A DNA stretch of 64,000 nt, taken from contig CAVUAK010000001.1 in the NCBI GenBank assembly GCA_963739455.1, positions 32,001 through 96,000 on the forward strand, given 5' to 3'. The DNA comes from an uncultured Gemmatimonadales bacterium (GTDB lineage: Bacteria > Gemmatimonadota > Gemmatimonadetes > Gemmatimonadales > GWC2-71-9). Each line of letters opens with the position of its first letter. Positions within the stretch are counted from its first letter, which is position 1. Below are positions 27,199 through 36,441 of this stretch, in pieces. Below the pieces are notes generated by a model. It searched no databases. It worked only from the letters and a program-made list of their open reading frames with translations, and had not been told where the DNA came from. The translations under genes and the position numbers were made by a program.

Positions 27199-28410
27199 CT
27201 AGGGAGAGATGGCCTGCGCTTCCACTATCTCCGCTCCCGGGAGTGTGTGCCAACTCGACCAGGTCTCCTTGGCAATCACGTAGCGCAGCGCGGCGCGGCC
27301 ACTCACCGTCAGCGTGTCGACCTGCGGCCTTGTAGCCGGGCTTGGCGCGCGCCTTGAACTTGGCCCCCGTCGCGTTGAGGAACCAATCGCGATAGCGGGG
27401 CTCATCCCACACGGAAATCCAGACGAGCGCGGGGCCGCCGTTGGCTTCATCGAGACGGAAGCGATCGCCGCCCCAGCCGAGCGGGAGTGCCGCGTTGCTG
27501 GCCTTCCTGCCGGTGAGTTCCTGCATGAGCAGGCGGATATCAAACTCGCCGAGCACGTCCTCATAGCTGCCGGGGACAGTGTCGGTGAACTGGATGTCGA
27601 TGGGCTGGTCGCCACGCTGCGTAGCGCTCGGGGTGAATGATCTGCTCGGTGGAGCGCGGCATGCGCGGACCATAGGGGAGCGTATCGGCGAAGGGCGACT
27701 TGCCCCACCAGAGCATGAACTCGGCGCCGGCGAGATAGGGAAAGAGCAGTCCCTCGCGCAGCACGGCCGGGGTCTTCTCCATGCCGCCGCCGGAGAGCAT
27801 CTGGTCTCCCGTCTTCCGGAACTCGTCCCAGAAGTCCTGGCTCTGCGCCACCTCGGCGCCCTGGAGCATGACGATGGAGGCGTAGTTGGCCTGTCCCTCG
27901 AGGATGGCCTGCGCTGCGGCACTGCGATCGTTGCTGCTCTTGTCCTTCAGGATGGAGTCGAGCGGCATGTACTGGTCCTGCAGCGCGTGCACCAGCTCGT
28001 GCGCGACGGTGAGGCGGAGCACCGGCCCGTCGGCGCCCTCGACGCCGTAGAGCGTGGCGGAGTCGGGATCGTAGTAGCCGGCGATCTGCTGGGAGAGCAT
28101 GTCCTCCATGACGGCGCGGAGGTCGAGCGAATCGGGGAGGAGTCCGAGAAGGGTGTAGGCGCGGGTCAGCTGGAGGAAGCGCTCGGGGGGCATTTCCTGG
28201 GACGAGCTTGGCGCGGACGAAATTTCGCACCTCATCGCGGGTGCGGAGGACGGCCGCGGGGCGGCGCTTGAACTTGATGCCGACGCTCTGCTCGACGGCG
28301 GGCATGAGGCTGTCGACGAGATGTGCGAGATTGCGATCGGCGTCGGTCTCCCGAGGCTCGCCGCGACAGGCGACCGTCGCGACGAGCAGGAGGCAGAGCG
28401 ATGCCCGCAT
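27199..28410 (-). CDS. Lipoprotein with HExxH zinc-metalloprotease motif (frameshifts near 28195 and 27615)
   Basis: Lipobox TVAC; IAGYYDP, AHELVHALQDQY, LEGQA, FPY..G..F, GWGGD segments spread over three frames. Confidence 0.7.
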   Translation of the reverse strand: MRASLCLLLVATVACRGEPRETDADRNLAHLVDSLMPAVEQSVGIKFKRRPAAVLRTRDEVRNFVRAKLVPGNAPRALPPADPRLHPSRTPPRFARPPRRHGGHALPADRRLLRSRLRHALRRRGRRRAGAPPHRRARAGARAAGPVHAARLHPEGQEQQRSQCRSAGHPRGTGQLRLHRHAPGRRGGAEPGLLGRVPEDGRPDALRRRHGEDPGRAARGTALSLSRRRRVHALVGQVALRRYAPLWSAHAALHRADHSPRALRSVATSPSTSSSPTLSPAAMRTCSASLISACSCRNSPAGRPATRHSRSAGAAIASVSMKPTAAPRSSGFPCGMSPAIAIGSSTRRGPSSRRAPSPATRPQVDTLTVSGRAALRYVIAKETWSSWHTLPGAEIVEAQAISP

Positions 28411-29209
28411 CACGCGTTCAGGTAGGTGACGGCGTACCACTGCACGATCTTCGGGCCGAAGAGGTAGGCGACACCGGCCCCGATGGCGAGGTAGACGCCG
28501 AAGGGCACCGAGCTTCTTCCGTCCCATGAGTGCGAGCGGGAGGAAGATGATGGTGCCGATGAGCGCGCCGAGGAAAATCGTGAGCAGCACACCGGTCCAG
28601 CCGACGAAGACGCCGACCATCGCCATCATCTTGATGTCGCCACCGCCCATCGCATCCTGCTTGAGGATGATGGAGCCGAGCCAGCCGACGGCCCAGAGGA
28701 CGCCGAAGCCGAGTGCGCCGCCCATGAGGGAGAAGGTGAGGCCGTGCAGGCCGCCGCCGATGCCGGTGATGATCAGGCCGAGCACGAGCGCCGCCGATGG
28801 TGAACTCATCGGGGATGATGTATGGCGCGGGCATCGGTGACCAGGATGCCGAGCAGCAGGGTGAAGAAGACGCGCGGCACGGACGGCGGCGAGGGTGGGA
28901 CCGAAGAGCCAGACGAAGTAGACCCAGATGAGGGCGGTGAGCGAGCTCGACCAGCGGGTACATGAGCGAGATGCGCTCCCTGCAGTGGCGGCACTTGCCG
29001 AGCAGGATGAGCCAGGAGATGACGGGGATGTTGTCATACCAGGCGATCTGGTTGCCACACTTGGGGCAGCGCGAGCGCGGACGGAGCACCGACTCCGGGG
29101 GTTCCTTGCCCCAGGAGAGGATGCACACGTTGAGGAAACTGCCGATGAGGAGGCCGAAGACGGCGGCCACGATGTAGAAGAAGTTGGAGCCCAGTCCTTC
29201 AGTCGGCAC
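28410..29209 (-). CDS. pilD: Prepilin peptidase/N-methyltransferase, A24 family (several frameshifts)
   Basis: [57 protein letters not shown]. Confidence 0.85.
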
Positions 29210-29968
29210 GCAAGACCTCGTAGAGAAGAATCCCGGCAGCCACAGCCACGTTGAGCGACTCGGCGCCAGGTGCAAGGGGAATGCCCACGCGACGGGAGGC
29301 GTGGGCGGTCATCGATTCACCAACACCAGCGCCCTCGTTGCCGACGACGAGGAGCATCGCGGTGGTACGGGGCGCGCGGGGGACGGGGTCGCCGTCAGCG
29401 GCGGTGACCCAGATGGCGGCCCGTGAGTCGCGGCCCAGGCGGCGAGCAGTCTCCACGTCGGTCGCGACACAGGGGAGACGGAACGACGCTCCCATGCCGC
29501 CACGCATCGCCTTCGGGTTGCAGGAGATCGGCGGTGCCGGGCAGGGCGACGACCCCGGCGGCGCCAAGGGCCAGCGCGGTGCGCAACATGGTACCCACGT
29601 TGCCGGGATCCTGCACGGCGTCGAGGACGAGGACGGCACTGCGCGGGGCGCAGGGCGATATCGTCGAGGGACCAGTCGCGGGGCTCGATGACGGCGACGA
29701 CGCCCTGCGGGTGCTCGGTGTCGGCGAGCTCGGCGAGGGCGCGATCGTCCAGCTTCTCGAGCTTGATGCCGGCCGCGATAAGTGCGCCTTTCAGCGTCTC
29801 GCCGCGACGGGTAGCTTCGAGCGCGGGTGAAATGACGGCGCCCTTGATGGGAATGCCGGCGGCCATCGCCTCCTCGACGAGGCGGACGCCCTCGGCGAGT
29901 GCGAGGGCGCGGCGCTCACGGCCGCGGCGTCGCTGCAGGTCACGAATCAACGTTTCGAGTGCACTCAT
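29199..29968 (-). CDS. TrmH/SpoU family RNA 2'-O-methyltransferase (frameshifted)
   Basis: [52 protein letters not shown]. Confidence 0.88.
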
Positions 29969-30746
29969 GCGGATAGCGCTGTCGATCGCCGGATCAGACC
30001 CCAGCGGGGGTGCGGGGATCCAGGCGGATCTCAAGACCTTTCATCAGTTCGGTGTCTACGGCATGTCGGCGCTGACGGCGCTGACGGCACAGAATACACT
30101 GGGCGTGAGCGGCGTTCACGTGGTGCCGCCGGCGTTCCTGCGGCAGCAGCTGGAGGCACTGGCCGCCGACATGCCGCCCGATGCGCTCAAGACCGGGATG
30201 CTGGCCGACGCGGACCTCGCCATCGACGGCAGCGGACTGTATCCGGAGCTTCGGCTGGACGCCACTGGTGGTGGATCCGGTCATGATCGCGACGTCGGGT
30301 GACCGGCTGCTGTCGGTGGACGCGGAGCGGGTGATCCGGGACCGGCTGCTGCCGCTGGCGACGCTGGTGACGCCGAACCTGGACGAAGCCGCGCTGCTGA
30401 CCGGGCTCGAGGTGCGCGACGTGGCGCAGATGGAGCGCGCGGCCGCGGTGCTGCTGGACTCGGGTGCGGCCGCGGTGCTGCTCAAGGGCGGACACCTGGC
30501 TGACGATACGATCGTGGACCTGCTGGTGACGCCTGACGGGACAAGGCGGTTCAGTCATCCGCGGATCAAGACGACGTCGACGCACGGGACGGGGTGCACG
30601 TTGTCGGCGGCGATCACGGCCGGGCTGGCTCAGGGCCAGGCGCTGGAGCGCGCGGTCGAAGCTGGCGCTGGACTACGTGGTGCGAGGCGATCGCGTCGGC
30701 ACCGGGATTCGGGGCAGGACACGGGCCGGTAAATCACATGGCGTAG
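29967..30746 (+). CDS. thiD: Hydroxymethylpyrimidine/phosphomethylpyrimidine kinase (frameshifts near 30225 and 30668)
   Basis: [59 protein letters not shown]. Confidence 0.92.
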
Positions 30747-30833
30747 GTGGCGGAGGCACAGCGGGCCGCACCGTCCCGGCATCACGCTCGTGCTCCCGAT
30801 GCAACGTTTGCCCCACCGCTCCCGCGCTCGACG

Positions 30834-30890
30834 TGCTGTTCCCTGTTCCCTGTCCTCCCTGTTCCCTGTTCGCCGTTCACGCCGTTCACG
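30834..30890 (+). repeat. Short tandem repeats (CCCTGTT heptamers, then CGCCGTTCA x2) between convergent genes
   Basis: ccctgtt ccctgt cct ccctgtt ccctgtt cgccgttca cgccgttca. Confidence 0.7.
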
Positions 30891-31803
30891 TCTTGTCGCC
30901 CTCAAACGGCTCCATGTGGATCAGCACGCCCGACACCTCGGGCACGGCCTTGCAGATGGCACCCTTGACCATGCCGCTCAGGATGTGGGCCTCGTGGAGC
31001 GAGAGCGTGGGGTCGGCCTGGACGTGGAGGTCGACGTAGTAGGCGGTGCCGGCGCGGCGCATCTTGAGTTTCTCGGTGGCGAGCACGCCGGTGACGGAAT
31101 GCGCGGCGCGCTCGACGCGGGCGAGGAGGGGCTCACCGGGTGCGCGGTCCATCAACTCCTGCAGCGCCGGGCGCATGACCTGCACGCCGTTGTAGACGAT
31201 GACGCAGGCGGCGAGGAGCGCGGCCCAGTCGTCGGCCTGCTCCCAACCGGGTCCACCAATCAGCGCGATGCTGATGCCGATGAACGCCGCGAGGGAGGTG
31301 ATGGCATCGCTGCGATGGTGCCAGGCGTCGGCGCGGACGGCGGTGCTGCCGGACGCGATGGCCGCGCGCTGGACGCGGCGGAAGAAGAGTTCCTTGATCA
31401 GGACGACGGCCACCAGCACGCCGAGCGTGAAAGGCGCGGGCGCGTGGTGCGGGATCATGATCTCGCGAATGGCCTCGATGGAGATACCGATCGCGGCACC
31501 GACGAGCATGAGGCCCACTGCCGCAGCGGCCAGTGCCTCGGCCTTGCCGTAGCCGAAGGGATACGCGGTGTCGGCACTGCGTCGCGCGACGCGGAGGCCG
31601 CTCCAGACGATCAGCGACCCGAAGATGTCGGCCGCCGACTCGATGCCATCGGCGATGAGGGCGTAGGAGTGGCCGATGAGCCCGGCGAGCACCTTGACGA
31701 CGGCGAGCACCATGTTGAGGAGCATGCCGGCTTGAGCAAGCCGCATTCCGTCATGAGTCGGCAGTCGTGAGGCGTGAGGCGTGAGGCGTGAGTCCTCAGT
31801 CAT
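30886..31803 (-). CDS. Cation diffusion facilitator family transporter (FieF-like)
   Basis: SYALIADGIES..D, YPFGYGKAE, DAWHHRSD, VLIHMEP. Confidence 0.9.
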   Translation of the reverse strand: MTEDSRLTPHASRLPTHDGMRLAQAGMLLNMVLAVVKVLAGLIGHSYALIADGIESAADIFGSLIVWSGLRVARRSADTAYPFGYGKAEALAAAAVGLMLVGAAIGISIEAIREIMIPHHAPAPFTLGVLVAVVLIKELFFRRVQRAAIASGSTAVRADAWHHRSDAITSLAAFIGISIALIGGPGWEQADDWAALLAACVIVYNGVQVMRPALQELMDRAPGEPLLARVERAAHSVTGVLATEKLKMRRAGTAYYVDLHVQADPTLSLHEAHILSGMVKGAICKAVPEVSGVLIHMEPFEGDKT

Positions 31804-31858
31804 GAGTGAGTCGACAGTCGGCAGTCGTCAGGCGGCAGTGAGTCATCAGTGGGCAGCC
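31751..31858 (+). repeat. Heptamer repeat tract spanning the PNP stop / CDF start junction
   Basis: gagtcgg cagtcgt gaggcgt gaggcgt gaggcgt gagtcct cagtcat ... cagtcgg cagtcgt caggcgg cagtgag. Confidence 0.8.
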
Positions 31859-32649
31859 GTTCGATAATGCCAGTGAAGAGCGAGATCATGTCGCGTTGGA
31901 CACTGCGGGCCGTCTCCATCACTTCGGCGTGCGAGAGGGCTTCGTGGCCGATGCCGCTCGCGAGGTTGGTGACGGTGGAGATGCCCATGCATTTCATGCC
32001 CAGCGCGCGCGCGGCGAGGACCTCGCTCGACGGTGGACATGCCGACCGCGTCGGCACCGAGCTTCTCGAGCATGCGGACTTCGGCCGGGGTCTCGTAGCT
32101 GGGACCGAGGAGACCGGCATAGACGCCTTCCTCGAGCTGAATACCGCGATCGCGGGCGACGTCACGCGCGAGGGCGCGGAGGGCGGGATCCCAGGGGTCG
32201 GACATGTCGGGAAAGCGCGTCTCACCGCTGCGCACGGCGCCGATCAACGGGCTCTGGAACTGAAGATTGATGTGATCGGCGATGAGCATGAGGGTGCCGG
32301 GCTTGAACGTCCTCCGGATGCCACCCGCTGCGTTCGTCAACATCACAGTCCGGATACCTACCGCGGCGGCGGTGCGGACGGCGAGTGCACTGGTATCGGC
32401 GTCGTGTCCCTCGTACATGTGGAAGCGGCCTGCCTGGGCGAGGACATCGCGACCGGCAAGCTGGCCGAGGACGAGTTCGCCCTTGTGGCCCTCGACGGTG
32501 GGGATGGGGAAGCCGGGGATGTCGCGATAGGCGAGGCGCGTGGGCGCGGAGAGATGCTCGGCGAGATCGCCGAGGCCCGAGCCGAGGACGATGAGCGCCG
32601 CAGGCTTCCGGCCCGCGAGGAATGCGGAGATGGCAGCGGCAGCGGTCAC
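31800..32649 (-). CDS. punA: Purine nucleoside phosphorylase (trimeric type; frameshift near 32025)
   Basis: VLGSGLG, VEGHKG, GRFHMYEG, TNAAGG, GPSYETPAE, VGMST, LSHAEV. Confidence 0.9.
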
Positions 32650-33950
32650 AGCAGCATCCCCGCCAAGCTCGCGGACATGAAGCCGGCGAGGTTGCCGACG
32701 ATCATGGCGCGCAGGCCGAAACGGGCGACGTCGGAGCGGCGCTCAGGCGCCAAGCCACCGACGACGCCGACCTGGATACCGATGGTGGCGATGTTGGCGA
32801 ATCCAAGCAGCGCGTATGTGGCGATGATCCTGCTGCGGGGATCGAGGACCATCCCCGCGGCGAGGTCCGCGGCGAACTGCTTGTACGCGACGAGATCAAC
32901 GAGGGAGACCTTGAGCGCAATGAGTCCGCCGACGTAGGCGGTGTCAGCCCAGGGCACACCCATGATGAAGACCAGCGGTCGAAGCAACTGTCCGCCGATG
33001 ACCTGCAAGCTGGCTTCGGGATGCCCCATGAGCCCACCGAGCCAGCCGAGTCCGGCGTTGAGCAGCGCCACGAGACCCACCAGGGCGATCACGATGGCCA
33101 CGATGTTGATGGCCACCTGCATGCCCTTGAGCGCCCCATTGGAGATTGCATCGAGGACACCAGAATCGGTCCTCTCGACCGCAACGTCGAGCGAGTCGGC
33201 CGTGACGGGCACTCCCGTCTCCGGCAGGAGAATCTTGCTGAGCAGAAGAGCGCCCGCTGCGTTCAGGACGCTGGCTGCCACGAGACTTCCGCCAACGCCG
33301 CCGATCTGGGGCTGCAGGAACGCCACGTACACCGCCATCACGGCGCTGGACGCCGTGGCGAAGCTCACCACCATGAGGCACACGAGTTCGGACTGCGTGA
33401 GGCGGGCGATGAAGGGCTTGATGAGCAGCGGCACCTGTGCCGCCCCCAGGAAAATGTTGGCGGCCGCGGCAAGGGTCTCGGCGCCGGAGGTCCGGATGGT
33501 TTTCTGGAGGACCCAGGCAATGCCCTTCACGATCGGGTTCATGACGCCGAGATAGTAGAGCAGCGACATCAATGCGGAAAAGAAGATGATGGTCGGCACC
33601 ACACCAAAGGCGAACGTCGCCCCGGTGCGAACGACGAAGCCTGCGCTGACGTCGAAGGCGCCGGCGGGACCAGGGACGCCGACCGCAACATCGGGCTGGA
33701 CCAGGTTACCGAAGACGAAGCGCGCGCCCTGTTCCTGGAACCGCAGCAACGCGTTGAACGCCATCCCGATGCGGCTGAACAGCGCCTGACCCGCACCGGT
33801 CTTCAGCATGAGCACCGCGAGTCCGCCCTGGAGCGCCAGGCCCAGCGCGACGCGGCGCCACTTGATGCTCCTCCTGTCATACGACAGCAGCACGGTCAGC
33901 AGCACCATCGTGGCGACGCCGAGCAAGCCGATGAGGCGGGACGCGTTCAT
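32646..33950 (-). CDS. nupC: Concentrative nucleoside transporter (CNT/NupC family), copy 2
   Basis: PTIIFFSALM.LLYYLG, TSGAE..AAANIFLG, YALLGFANI..IGIQ.G. Confidence 0.88.
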   Translation of the reverse strand: MNASRLIGLLGVATMVLLTVLLSYDRRSIKWRRVALGLALQGGLAVLMLKTGAGQALFSRIGMAFNALLRFQEQGARFVFGNLVQPDVAVGVPGPAGAFDVSAGFVVRTGATFAFGVVPTIIFFSALMSLLYYLGVMNPIVKGIAWVLQKTIRTSGAETLAAAANIFLGAAQVPLLIKPFIARLTQSELVCLMVVSFATASSAVMAVYVAFLQPQIGGVGGSLVAASVLNAAGALLLSKILLPETGVPVTADSLDVAVERTDSGVLDAISNGALKGMQVAINIVAIVIALVGLVALLNAGLGWLGGLMGHPEASLQVIGGQLLRPLVFIMGVPWADTAYVGGLIALKVSLVDLVAYKQFAADLAAGMVLDPRSRIIATYALLGFANIATIGIQVGVVGGLAPERRSDVARFGLRAMIVGNLAGFMSASLAGMLL

Positions 33951-35186
33951 CAGAGCAGCATCCCCGCAATGGTGGCGGACAGGAAGTTCGCGAGCGTGCC
34001 GGCGAGCATGGCGCGGAAGCCGAGCCGGGCGAGGTCATCCTTGCGCTCGGGGACGAGGGCACCGATGCCGCCGATCTGGATGCCGACCGACGCGAAGTTG
34101 GCGAAGCCGGCGAGCGCGAACGACGCGATGGTGAAGGAGCGCGGGTCGAGCGTGTCCTTGAGCTGCCCGAGCTGGGCAAAGGCGATGAACTCATTCAGCA
34201 CCGCGCGGGTGCCGAGCAGGCCGCCGATGACGCCGCTGTCAGCCCAGCTGACGCCCATCACCCAGGCGACGGGACGGCCGATCCAGGAGAGCACGGTCTG
34301 GAGGTTCTCGGGCATCCAGGGGAGCCAGTCATGGAAGAGCCCGAAGATGCCGTTCACCAGTGCCACGAGCGCCACGAAGGCCACGAGCATGGCGATGACG
34401 TTGAGCATGAGGTGCAGGCCCTCGCTGGTACCGCGCGCGGCGGCGGCCACGAGGTTCACGTCGGCCTTCGGGATGTCGAGATCGACGTTGCCGAAGGTCT
34501 CGGGGTGGCCGTCCTCGGGCTCGAAGATCTTGGCCATCATGATGGTGCCGGGCGCGGTCATGATCACGGCAGTGAGAAGATGCTTCGCGTCCACGCCAAA
34601 GGCTATGTACGCCACCATGATCGAGCCGGAGATGTGGGCCATGCCGGCGGTCATCACCGTCATGAGCTCGGAGCGGGTCATCTTCGGCGAGGAAGGGCCG
34701 GATGGTGAGCGGCGCCTCGGTCTGTCCCATGAAGATGGACGCGGCGACATCGAGACTCTCGGCGCCGGACGTCCGCATGAGCTTCGCCATGACGATGGCG
34801 AACACGCGCACGATGACCTGCATGATGCCGAGGTAGTACATGATCGCGAAGAGGGCGGAGACGAAGATGATCGCCGGGAGGATCTGGAAGGCGAACACGA
34901 CGCCGATGCTGCTGTGCTGCTTGCCGAGCTCGCCGAAGACGAACTCGCTGCCCTGATAGCTGTAGTTGAGGACGGTGGTGACCAGGTCACCGAGCTTGCG
35001 GAAGAGAACCTGTCCGGCGGGGACGCGCAGGACGAAGATGGCGAAGATGAACTGGAGGGCGAACCCCCAGGCAACGACGACCCAGGGGATCTGGCGGCGA
35101 TTGCGGGAGAAGAGCACGGCGACCGCGATGAAGACGACGAGGCCGAGGATGCCGCGGAAGCGATCGATGAGGGGAAGGCCGTCCAC
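33950..35186 (-). CDS. nupC: Concentrative nucleoside transporter (CNT/NupC family), copy 1 (frameshift near 34685)
   Basis: TSGAES..IFMGQTEAPL.IRPF, MT.GMAHISGS, LNEFIAF, GFANFAS.GIQIGG. Confidence 0.88.
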
Positions 35187-36211
35187 TATTGGATGCCCGC
35201 CAGTTCGTCGCGCACGGAGGCGACGAGCTTCTGGCGCTCAGGCCAGGGGAGAAACGCCGACTCGAATCCGTTCAGGATCATGCGGTCGATCTCCGGCCGG
35301 GTGAACCCGAGCGCCATGTGCGCGAGCCAGTACTCGTCGGTGAGGGAGACGCCGCACATGAGCCAGCTGTCGGTGCAGAGGGTCACGTTGAGCCCGCGAT
35401 CGAAGTAGTCGCGCACCGGGTGTGCGGCGGCCACCTTCACGGCGTGGGTCTGCAGGTTGCTGGTGATGTTGACCTCGAGGGTGATGCGGCGATCGCGGAC
35501 GTAGTCGCGGAGTCGCGGATCCTCATAGAGCCGGGTCCCGTGCCCGATGCGGTCGGCATGGCAGAGATCGATCGCCTCGGCGATCGACTCGGCACCGGCG
35601 GCCTCGCCGGCGTGCACGGTGATGCCGAGCCGACCCTCCTGGGCCAGGTCAAAGGCATCGGCATGGGCGCCGCAGGGGCGGCCGGCCTCGCCGCCGGCGA
35701 GGTCGAAGGCAACGACGCCCTGGTCGCGGTAGCGCACGGAGGCTTCTGCGATGCGGAACGACACTTCGGGTTCGTAGTGGCGGAGCGAGCAGTTGATCAT
35801 GCGGGTGATCACGCCGAAGTCCTGCTCGCCGCGGGCCAGCCCTCGCAGCTCGGCCTCGATGGCCTCGTCGAGCGAGAGGCCCTGCTTGGTGCTGAGATGG
35901 GGGCAGTAGCGCACCTCCAAGTAGCGGAGATGATCACGCTGCGCATCCTCGCACATTTCGTATGCCACCCGCTCGATGGCCTCCGGCGTCTGCAGCACCG
36001 CGACGGTGGTGTCGAACTTCTTCAGGAACTCCTCGAGGTCATGCGCGTGATCGACGAGCATGAACTTCCGGATGACGTCGGGGTCGGACGATGGGAGCGA
36101 CGTCCCGGCGGCGCGGGAGAGCTCGATCAGGGTTTCGGGGCGAAGCGAGCCATCGAGGTGGACGTGGAGTTCGGCCTTGGGGAGCCGGGCGATGAGGTCA
36201 CGAGTGAGCAC
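35186..36211 (-). CDS. add: Adenosine deaminase
   Basis: LPKAELHVHLDGS, FDLAGGE, TVHAGEA, RIGHG, SNLQT, LCTD. Confidence 0.92.
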   Translation of the reverse strand: MLTRDLIARLPKAELHVHLDGSLRPETLIELSRAAGTSLPSSDPDVIRKFMLVDHAHDLEEFLKKFDTTVAVLQTPEAIERVAYEMCEDAQRDHLRYLEVRYCPHLSTKQGLSLDEAIEAELRGLARGEQDFGVITRMINCSLRHYEPEVSFRIAEASVRYRDQGVVAFDLAGGEAGRPCGAHADAFDLAQEGRLGITVHAGEAAGAESIAEAIDLCHADRIGHGTRLYEDPRLRDYVRDRRITLEVNITSNLQTHAVKVAAAHPVRDYFDRGLNVTLCTDSWLMCGVSLTDEYWLAHMALGFTRPEIDRMILNGFESAFLPWPERQKLVASVRDELAGIQ

Positions 36212-36441
36212 TAGGACGTGAGGACGTGAGGACGTGAGGACGTGAAGACACGGAGGATCGATCCCGGACCGACTGCCTCTGTGGGGGAGATCTCGATCCC
36301 CCTCGCGTCGGTGACACGGGCCGCACCCGCGGCGACTGCCGCGCCGAGCGTCGCGTCGAACGCGGTCACCGCATCGGCGACGGTGGCGGGTGCCGCGAGG
36401 TCCACCGGCTTCTCGTTGACGAAGACCCGGATGTCGCTCAC
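36211..36441 (-). CDS. Small ThiS/MoaD-like (beta-grasp) hypothetical protein
   Basis: IRVFVNEKPV..., TVADAV, GSILRV; AAGGGG RBS; sits in operon; no C-terminal GG. Confidence 0.55.
   Translation of the reverse strand: MSDIRVFVNEKPVDLAAPATVADAVTAFDATLGAAVAAGAARVTDARGIEISPTEAVGPGSILRVFTSSRPHVLTS
36213..36244 (+). repeat. 8-mer tandem repeat AGGACGTG x4
   Basis: Directly visible; encodes the C-terminal tail of the small ORF on the minus strand. Confidence 0.85.
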
